A DNA stretch of 63,813 nt, the filler included. It is 11 parts of 11 records of this genome, joined end to end, with 100 filler letters (N's around TTAATTAATTAA, not from the genome) between each part and the next. Parts side by side here need not be neighbours in the genome. Positions count along the whole stretch, not along the records: positions 7,974 to 22,564 come from SRR9670534_1075; positions 22,665 to 29,788 come from SRR9670534_1081; 9 more parts are not named here. One strand, 5' to 3'. Each line of letters opens with the position of its first letter. Positions within the stretch are counted from its first letter, which is position 1. Shown one piece after another: positions 12,232 to 26,068 of this stretch. The translations under genes were made by a program, and so were the position numbers. The notes under the pieces are model-generated. The model was not told the origin of the DNA, did not search any database, and was given only the letters and a program-made list of their open reading frames with translations.

Positions 12232-14199
12232 ATCAAAAGTGATTTATATTACGTATAATATACTACTATGTTGTAGACCTATTATTCCCAGATGATTTTA
12301 TAAGAGAACCGGCTACGGTACCTAGTTTTCTATAGAATCACCTTAGAAATGAGTCTTATTGTTTGCATTATGAGGACCTATACAATAATCAAAATGCCAT
12401 AGGGATTTATTTTTCTTACCTGTTGAACACCTTTATTTCTGTTGTAATATTACCATCAAGACTATAAACGGTTTGGGTTACCAAGTTCATTTGTATTGTT
12501 ATCGATTACCACCTAGAGCGAATGAAGATGAAGTTTGGCAATTGATTGGGATAACATCATATTTATTGCATTAGCAGAAGGAATTTCAAGAGGAACAGAT
12601 TAAAATTGAGAGGTTAGTTGCTATTAGATATCATAAATTATGGTATGTAGTTAATACATACGTAATTACTTCATTATTAATATTACGTTATTACATTACA
12701 GAAGCCATATTACTTGGCCCTAGTAGCAAAAGGGTCAAACGATTGAAACTAATGAGGGCATATTTTATGCTTTTGCATGCTATGGGGGACAACTGGATTT
12801 TTGCTTGATTGATGGAAGTAATTATGTGGCCATTTTTGGCCATTATTATTATCTTCACCAACATCAAGGATGTAATGTAACGTCGTCGTTGATGACATTT
12901 AAATGAGTATTTTATTATTAATAATAACTTTAAAGGAAGTAAAGCTTGACCATCTTCGCAGTGATAAAACCAGACTAGGGAAAACGATCCCCATTAGTAA
13001 CATGTTGATAGCTATTATTAATAATAATACCAATAATAATAACGATAGCAAGTGTTATTAGTGATCTTGTTGTTAGCGTAAATGGTAGACGTTCTACCAT
13101 AGAACTCAGTCCAAGTTGTAATATCACGACTTCGACTGACAAGTTGCTCCCAAGTCCCTATTGCTGGTTCAACCAGGTTGCTTCAGGTATTATAAATAAT
13201 AATAATAATGTGATATTACAACGAATTTTAGCTCATCTTCAATGTTCAAATGTTATTATTATTAACATTAAAAACTCCGACAAATTATTAAACCTATAAT
13301 ATCAAGTACTTCTTGACATAATTGTGGTTTGATAATGACTTATCTGTAAATTATAGCAGTAAAAATTATCTCATAAATGCAGTAGCTAGCCATTAGGCCG
13401 CTCTTTCCAACCCATCCTTTACCACGCAAGTTATTATTAAGTTATTATTATTATTAAGAAAAATCATAATTGAGAATCGCTAGACAAATGTAAATGTTTG
13501 GTGAAATTGTTGTTTGTTCAGAGCAAACAATGAACTCCCTGTGAGTTTTATCAATTTGGGTTGGTTGCTAATCACTTCACAAAAATATTTATTACATTTC
13601 TACGTCTAAAAAAGTAGTACACTACATACATCATATTCGAATAATAAAATACATACCATTAGCATTACATCAAAACAAGTGAGAAAACATATATCAAACA
13701 AAGAGTATTATCATGCATTTGCTACAATCTGCGTTCATTTACAATTCTAATTAGAAGTAAAGTTGTAAATAGTTGCAAGAACGTGATTTTGTTAACATTT
13801 ATCAAAGGTTGTGAAACTACTCAATTTAAGTTTAAAATATTAAAAATTGTGAAACCTAAGAATTACTAAATTTAAAATCAATTTTAAATTTGGTATCAAC
13901 TTGCACCTATTTACAACAACAACATTCATAGTGAAACTTCTTATGTTACACAAGTTCATTAACGCCGTTAAACGGTCAAGTATTATCATTTTTAATAAGC
14001 ATATGTAAATGTATTATCATATATTAAAACTACACCGTTGATACAAAGCACTAACTGTAAAAAAGTTTATTAATAATAATAATAATAACCATGTTATAAA
14101 AAGATATGTTTGGTTGTACAATCACGATTAACGTGCACCAATTTCTGGAATATGTCATGATGGTCGGTGAAACCAAGACATGGTAATAGTGATTGATGA

Positions 14200-16353
14200 C
14201 TATACATGATCTCTCGGCAGTGTTGAAGAGTAGAAAGTGTCATAAATTGTAGCATTCTGCTGACGAATAGGACGATTGTAATATGGGGATGTATCATAAG
14301 GTTGCTGTGGCATGAACCCCATACTGTTGTTAACAGGTGGCAGCATAGTACCATAACCAGCATTGTAGTGATGGTGCTGATGTCTAACAGCATTACTCAT
14401 GGTATTGGCATACCTATGGCCACTGCTCACTGTACTGTCCACTTTGGGAGGTCTACCCAAAGCAACATAGTTAACTTGGTGCTGTTCTGATGATGGTTGA
14501 GGATTACTGTCCCTTTCATTATTTTTATTCCTTCCACTCCAATTGTATGAAGGTGGGGGAACACTTTGAGGGGGACTATTTAAACGAGGAACAGATATGT
14601 TAGTGCTAACATTTCTGGGTGTTCTTGAATGTGATTTTTTCTTGCAACAAAAGCAAAAGGTAATGCAGGCACATAAAATGAGTAAGACCAAATAGGTGCC
14701 AACTGCAAGGAGTATGAAAATTAAGGTTCCATTTTCACCTTGAAAAAGTTGAGGTAATTCCCATGTGTGAAATGTTAAGGGTCGTTTCCACTTATTATTA
14801 GCTGATGATGCAGTTGAGGGATGAATAGATTTTTGTTCGTTGACAATTTTTTCTAATTGCTTCTCATAGGGATTTAGAGCATCTGATATTTTTGTTCTGA
14901 CTCTGGTACAGTTTCTGACCACATATGGTTGGATCTCATTAGCAAACGAGAAGCTATTTCCTGCTATTTTCATCGTTGCATCCATCGTGAGACAAAATTC
15001 ATATTCTGTATCTGGTTTTAATTCCCTTACTTTAACTGCATTTGGAATCTTATCAAGGTCTTTTAATTTCTCCTGTGGTGGTTTGTATTGTTTGTAAATA
15101 ATCCTAATGTTGCTCATTACATAATTGTCATGGTTTTCTTTAGTCACGTTCAAAATCAGCTCCCTTGCTTCCAATTTTGCAGCACTGATGATAATTGAGG
15201 GTTTTTTCTCACAATCCAAGTCTTGATAACTTAGCAAATTAAGGCTTTTAGATGTCAAAAACGGAGGAGAAGCACAATTAACTTGGCTATTACTAAGGAA
15301 CTTGGCTTGAACTATCCAGTAAATCCCACAGTCACAATGTAAAGGATTGCCCTGAAGGAGGAAATAGCGCGGTTGTTTGATAATTCCTTCCATACATTCT
15401 TCAGTTAATTCAGTAATTTGATTGTTTCTCAGATCCAGTGTTGATTCTTGTCCAGCGGCAAAACTCAGGCCTGAAAAACTACCACCACTTAATGTAACAA
15501 ACTTATTACTTTCCAAGTTGATATATTCGATATGGTTGTTAAAATGTCTGAAGGCTCCCTCTTCAATTGAATCAATTCGATTTTGGGACAGGTCCAAATA
15601 TTTAAGGTTATTCAATCCCGAAAACATGTTACGTTTAATTGTTTTAAATAAGTTTTTATCCAAGTACAATTCTTGTAAGGTGGACATTTCTGTAAAAGCA
15701 CCCTCAAACACTTCAGGAATCATGTTATCTGACAAATGGAGACTTAAAATATTGTTTAAGACTTTGAAAGCATAATCGGGGAAATTGTTCAGCTCGTTAT
15801 GACTTAAGCTGAGTGTTTCTAGTCTTTTCAGCTGTCCAAAAGCTTCACTGACAATGTTATTGATACTGTTGCCAGAAAGATTCAAATACTTCAGAAATTT
15901 GAGGCCATCAAATGCCCGCTTCTCAATTTCTACCAACTGATTATCACCCAAGTGTAAGTGTTCTACGCGTAGAGTTACTGTCAGATCATTGAACGTTCTT
16001 GGTGATATTTCCATGATTTGATTTCTGTTCAAGTAGAATGAAGCGTGAACGTTTGATGCTGCTGGAAGTTGTCTAAAAATATCTAAAGACCTTTTATTCA
16101 ATGACTGAATACTATTTCCTGCAAATTGAAAAGTGACATAAGAACGATCTTGAATTTGGTACAAGGGGTTGAAAGGTACTTCTGAAAATGTTGTAATACC
16201 CCGATTTGCACACTCTGCTACGATATGATCATGCTTTTCATCATATATCATGTATTGACAGTGGCAGGTTGTGTTAGCACAAAAGTCCTCTTGACCATAT
16301 GTATAAAAAAACGTCAATACGGCTTGCAAAAAAATGTACCAAATCAGTACCAT
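14200..16353 (-). CDS. LRR-LRRCT-FN3 single-pass membrane protein (FLRT/ELFN-like architecture), single coding exon
   Basis: Signal peptide MVLIWYIFLQAVL and LRRNT cysteines. About ten LxxLxLxxNxI repeats, then NPLHCDC (LRRCT) and ELKPDTEYEFCL (FN3). TM LIFILLAVGTYLVLLILCACI, then a cytoplasmic PPPSY motif. Confidence 0.85.
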   Translation of the reverse strand: MVLIWYIFLQAVLTFFYTYGQEDFCANTTCHCQYMIYDEKHDHIVAECANRGITTFSEVPFNPLYQIQDRSYVTFQFAGNSIQSLNKRSLDIFRQLPAASNVHASFYLNRNQIMEISPRTFNDLTVTLRVEHLHLGDNQLVEIEKRAFDGLKFLKYLNLSGNSINNIVSEAFGQLKRLETLSLSHNELNNFPDYAFKVLNNILSLHLSDNMIPEVFEGAFTEMSTLQELYLDKNLFKTIKRNMFSGLNNLKYLDLSQNRIDSIEEGAFRHFNNHIEYINLESNKFVTLSGGSFSGLSFAAGQESTLDLRNNQITELTEECMEGIIKQPRYFLLQGNPLHCDCGIYWIVQAKFLSNSQVNCASPPFLTSKSLNLLSYQDLDCEKKPSIIISAAKLEARELILNVTKENHDNYVMSNIRIIYKQYKPPQEKLKDLDKIPNAVKVRELKPDTEYEFCLTMDATMKIAGNSFSFANEIQPYVVRNCTRVRTKISDALNPYEKQLEKIVNEQKSIHPSTASSANNKWKRPLTFHTWELPQLFQGENGTLIFILLAVGTYLVLLILCACITFCFCCKKKSHSRTPRNVSTNISVPRLNSPPQSVPPPSYNWSGRNKNNERDSNPQPSSEQHQVNYVALGRPPKVDSTVSSGHRYANTMSNAVRHQHHHYNAGYGTMLPPVNNSMGFMPQQPYDTSPYYNRPIRQQNATIYDTFYSSTLPRDHV

Positions 16354-16433
16354 CTTGCGACAAGATTCTTGTCTTGACTGAAAATACGCAGTATACAAAA
16401 TACAGTAGTTACATACCGTAATTTACGATACGT

Positions 16434-16537
16434 AAATGAATTACGTAATTCTATTAGGTACGATAGGCAGAGTACAATAGTACAGAGTACAAATGAATTA
16501 CGTAATTCTATTAGGTACAATAGGCAGAGTACAATAG
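16434..16537. repeat. Tandem direct duplication of 47 nt (16434-16480 and 16491-16537) containing the palindrome GAATTACGTAATTC
   Basis: The two copies differ at one position (CG vs CA). Confidence 0.9.
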
Positions 16538-18646
16538 ATACATCGTACATATACACAAACTTTGAAAGAATACATACGTTGTTATTATGCAATAATGGAA
16601 AACAGGAATCATCCTACTTATTATTTATAGGATATTCTTGTATAACAACATTGCACATTGCCCACCCTAACCATCTCAACTACTCAAATATGAGGCACAA
16701 TTGCAACCAGATGTAGATTTTTAAGGTTGCGCGTGTAAATAAACAAAAGCATTGAGAGTGCAACCTCGGTTGAGCCTGCTCAATTTTATGGCATTATTGG
16801 AGTCATAAATTGGGGCAGAAATATTGTTGATAATGAAAAACTTTACGATACATGGGGAAAATAAAAGGAGCAGTGGCAACTGTAGCAGCAATAACCATTA
16901 TTATAATACATGCTATATTATTATGTATACAGCTACAGAAGCAAACCTGTACAGTCAAATGACCCATAATGTTATTAATGCAATGAAAGAAAGAGCGAAA
17001 CTGCCTAGTTTCTTTATTCTTTGTGTTGAAAATATTCAAGCAATAGGACTATAAATGTAGAACTACAGAATTATCATAATTAATACACATGCCACCTATC
17101 TAACAAAGTACAGCATGGTATGTATCTGAAAAATTACTCATGCTAATTGTTATGAGTAATGGTAATTCTTCTATAACTCTTCCTGAAATAATCGATCGTA
17201 GCCGCATATGTGCCAGTCCAGATTAGCCTCTTATGTAAAAAGTTCGTGTGTGAAAACATTCATTTATAATAGAATACATGGGCTATCTAGATGTTATTGA
17301 TAATAAGGAATCATACCTACTTTACAGGTTCATTACAAATCGTAATTTCAGACTGTCATATGATATTGGCCCCTTTTTAATTAACATATCTATCCTGCGA
17401 TATGATATTTATTTTATGCAATTTAAATCTAAATGAGTAAGAGATTATTCATACTAACAATAAGTAGAATCAACTTGCCAGTTCAAAAATTGAGAAATAT
17501 CCCACTTTGCCTATAAATAGGTAATCTAGTGCTTCAGAAGCACAAGTACTATTCATATTATTATTAATAATAACTACTACATATACTACAAACAATTTTG
17601 TCAGCCAGATGCTCCAACTGATTAGAGAATGAAATTTCATTCTCTTATTTGTATGTGTGCGAGGAACATTGACTTTCTATTTATAACAGAATGCATAAAA
17701 ACGGGTAAATATGTAAACAGCAATCAATACTAGCGCCATCTTTTTTAGGCTAAATATCTTTGTTTTTTGGTCATGCATCTAGAAGATCATAACAATACTA
17801 TAGCCTATACATAGCCTATACTATAGGCCCTATAGCTATTGTTTATAGCGGCAGCTATAAAAGCTAAATATTTTTTTCTTATTATTGATTTAATTACTGG
17901 TGATTAATTAATCGGCACATAGGTAGGCTTATTGAATGGATTTAATAATACCTTTTCTATTGATAGAAATTTGAATTTAGATTTATTATTCTCATTAATA
18001 TTTATAGGTTTATTATGTTAAGTTACTATACACTGGTATTGCTACTAGGTAATTATGTATGTGAGTTGTTGGTGTATAGTAATTACTTATTTTGTATTAA
18101 TAAGCTTGGGTTGTTTGTAATTATTCAATCATTTTTTTTGCCACTTCATACCATGTCACTTTCTTTCATACTCTTAGTAATTTATATTTATTTCCTAATA
18201 TTACTTGGCTGCTGTAACAAAGCTTTATAAATAATAACATTTGTTGTGCCAATATTAGTATTATTATGAATAGTTCTTTTGCAATAAGGCTAATTTAAAA
18301 TATGGAATAGCGTAAAGTGCTTTTTTCTATTAATGTACTAATACTATATATAATATACATTGCATATAAGGAGACTGTACTTTTTCTCTGGGTTATTTGC
18401 CTATTGACTAAGCCGCATACAGGTTTCTGACTATATTAAATATTTGCTCTATTAAATGATTTTATTATTTAATAATATTTCAAAGTTATAATGTTATTAA
18501 TAACAAATATAAATAGTATTATGTTTTAGTTATTTTGTTTATGGAAGACTTTATTAATTTTAATTTTGCAATTCTATTTGTAGGAGTCGACAAATCTATT
18601 TACGACAACGTTGAATTCTCAGGCTTCCGGCAAAATCACGCCAATC

Positions 18647-22520
<3,874 letters not shown>

Positions 22521-22731
22521 TAATGTTTCTGACAGTCATTATTATTATTATTATTATTAATAATNNNNNNNNNNNNNNNNNNNNNNNNNNNNNNNNNNNN
22601 NNNNNNNNTTAATTAATTAANNNNNNNNNNNNNNNNNNNNNNNNNNNNNNNNNNNNNNNNNNNNGGAAGGCCTTGTCAGGCCTTCCTGATACAGCTTCAC
22701 CATTGCCAATCGTGATGTTTTTCAAATTGTT

Positions 22732-25726
22732 ATGAAAATAACTCCGGAATTTTTGAGAATTAAAAGTGAGATGGCTGATGGTCGTTTTGATGTTTCTATC
22801 ATGAAACGGATTAATGTCTTGAGAGATATGATTATTGGCTGGCATGAATATTCTTTTGGTGGTTCTGATTTTGAGCAGATTTTCAAAACCTATGTTAAGA
22901 AACATTTTCAGCATATTTCTGGTGGTACTGAACTATGTTATTTGTCCTACGAGCAGCTGAAAAGATTGATGGATAAAATTCGTGACAATTACATACATAT
23001 GAGAATGATACCAGATCGTGAAGGTCATCAAGATGAGATAGATGGAATGCAGATGATAATTGACGATGAGATAAGACATTTTGTGGATGAAAATAATCTA
23101 AGGTATAATTACTATGTATGTAAACACATAGGTAATTATGTCTCCTTTTCAGGATTGATAATGAAGGTACCTAAATACATAACTAGGCCTTGGTATGTTG
23201 ATGTATTGATGAGAAATAAAAATTTGCTTGAAAATCTAGGTGTTAGCGTTGAAAATTCGATGCACCTCTGTAGCGGTGCCTTTTGCGTTTCTGTAAACCA
23301 GTTTTTGAATGTACGTCACAGCAATTGCTTTTTGTGTAAAGCAATTGCAAGAACCGGTGTTATATATCATGATATAAAAGCAAAACTTGTTGCTTTTTCT
23401 CCTCATTTTTCTTCTACTTTATCGTTGGCAGGTGAATTTTGTAAATCTCCTAAATTTGATTTTGCGAAAATGTCTAACATAATTCTTGGAGATACTACAC
23501 GTCGCTGGCAAAAAGTAGAATTCTTTAGATTACGAGAGCACATTTGCTGCATTCTGAATGCATATTTAGTACGCAACCAAAGACTGAAGCTTGAGAGTAG
23601 GTCAATGAAATTGGATGGTCTGGTTGAAGACCTATTGGATGATTATTCTGTAGCTTTGAAGAAAAATATTCCAGGCATAAAATTATATGATTTGAATATC
23701 CACATAATTTCTTGGTATGAGACAACATACAGTTTAAAAGAAAAAGAAATTGCCTTTCATCAGTTTGTTTTGAAATTGGCTAATGCTGTTTATGGTTCTG
23801 GCAATGAACCGGTATCAATCAAAGCTGAAGATTTTGAGACGTTGAAGAATTTGTTGAGATTGTCATATAAAGAATATGTATTGTACAAGTTACGAACCTC
23901 TCTTAAAGCAATGGAAGAGAAAGACAAAATTGAAAATGAAATGAAAGAAATGATTGAAGGCTGGTTATGCGAAAATGGCATAAGGTATGTTGCCAATTAT
24001 AAATTATTTACTTATTTATCTCAAGATGTCTTTCAGGGGCAAGATTGTGTCGGTTTCACCGTCTACATCTCAATGAATGATGGTACTGATTGGAATGACT
24101 GTTGGTGTTGTCCAATACATATTATTAGCAATAGGGACATCTACTTGTGTTTTATAATAGGTGAACATGTCAACTTTGATGACGTCAATAAGGATAGCGA
24201 CAACTTTTTGCTTTTTATTAATTTTTTCCATCGAGGGTTTTTTGATGATTGTAAACTGGGCTTTGAAACTTATAGGAGTTACTTCAATGGACTATATGTT
24301 ATGTTTCTTAGATCTAAAATCAGTTTGGTGCTGTTGAAAACACAAGTGGAAGATGTCTTTTTCGAAATCTGGAAGTATATTTCCATTCATAGTTTGTTTA
24401 ATAACATGTGTTTCTTGTTAGGTGATACCGAAATGGATGGTGAAACGAACCCTAATCCTGCTAAAGCCCCTAAAGTCAATTATGATCCTGATGCTATTTT
24501 GGATGAGGACGAAGAAGGTGAAGTGCAGGCAAAAGTATTTATTAAAGGTTAGTTCATTCCTGTGAATGAAATGGCGATTTTTTTCGTTGAAAATCCAGAA
24601 ATTTGGCATGTTCTTTCACAGAAGACTGGTATATCGATGCTGGTCAATGCTATGAACAAGAAAAAGTCACTGAGTAAGCTTATGAAAAATAATCTTTATG
24701 CTTATAATCCCTTTATAGATGATTATCGTGTGAGTGACATAACCATGTACTTCAATTCTGGCAAAGCATATGATAAGGTTCGTCTCCAACCTGAGGTGTT
24801 ACCTGGTGAAGAATTGAAAGAACCTTTGTTTGTGAAGTATTTTAAAGAAATTTTTCCTGCTGAAGATATTGAAGCTGCAAGAGAGTCGATTGCTAAATTT
24901 ATGGTTTGTTATCAAAAGAGAGATGAGAAGGGTAACCTTGATACAAGCTCAGAAACAAGAATGAAAAAATGGAAGTCGGTGGTAGATGCTTCTGGTATCT
25001 GTTCATTTAGTATTACGATCACTGATGGTAAAGACGGGTGGGATACTCAAATTTTAACTCATTATAACATATGTAGCGATGTCGATGCCATAATCATAGC
25101 TGATACATGGTTACAAACTAAGAAGATAACAACTACCATGTCTCAAACAAAGGTTTCGAAGTTGGCTGTGCATTGGAAATTGCTAAGTATTCTTTTTGCT
25201 AATATGCACATTGAAAATGTAGATGTCTCCTCTGTGTTTTTGATTACGCCAATTACGCTGATTCATGATGAGGTCGAAAATAAGATGCTGGTGATTAGAA
25301 AGATGGTTGATGCATTGAATATTTTTTTCAACCAACATTCCATCTTCAAATTCAAACTTTATATCTTCGAAGGCTGGACCATTGCGCAACCTAAGGCTAT
25401 TGCTGACCCTTTTATCAGGGCAAATAATATTTGGGCTGAAATTGTTGAAAGTGTTAGACAACGTAATAGAATTCGATTGGTTCCTCTTGATGATACCAAA
25501 AAAGCTGAATTGATTGATCAAGGATGGTCAAAGACCATATTCTTTGGTGACAGGTTGGGCATGTTTCGTTTTTATCGAAACTACCCTTCCAATGGTAGCC
25601 TGTTTCAAGAGTTAAGTAATACTTGCTGAAAAATGATTGCGAATATTTCAACTCTGGCTAAAGAGGAATTGGGAAAGAAGGAAAGTAGAATCGATGAATA
25701 TCTGTATGGACCCATCACTAAGAAGG
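22732..25726 (+). pseudogene. Very long ORF1-like region of the LINE (~1000 codons) interrupted by single in-frame stops TAG 24550 and TGA 25627
   Basis: Track ORFs starting at 22732, 24562 and 25633 share one frame (offsets 1830 and 2901 nt). The region looks compositionally like the EN-RT region. Function is inferred from position only. Confidence 0.65.
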
Positions 25727-26068
25727 GTAAACATACTTATATATTTGATTTTTTAAATTTGAATTTAAATTTGAATTTAATTTTGAATTCAATTTTTAAT
25801 TTAATCTTTCCCTTTAGTGGTGAAAGGTACGTGCAAGAGACTGAAGAAATACTGAAGCAATCTGGTGTAATTTCCTGCTGTCATTATGAAGGTGTTTTTT
25901 CTCAGATTATGGTTTGTAGTTCTTTTTATTATATGCTTTTTTGTTGGTATTTCTATATTTGTCATTTAATAAAATTTTTCATAGGCTGTTTTACTCAATT
26001 TTGTACCTTGTACACCCAATATTGCCTTACATATTCGATTTTTTCAAATTTTTCGTTTTTTCATACAG

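Noticed and set aside
22665-22730. Hammerhead ribozyme at the LINE 5' end
   Set aside because: CUGAUA is not the CUGANGA core, and no GAAA with the three-stem arrangement is visible.
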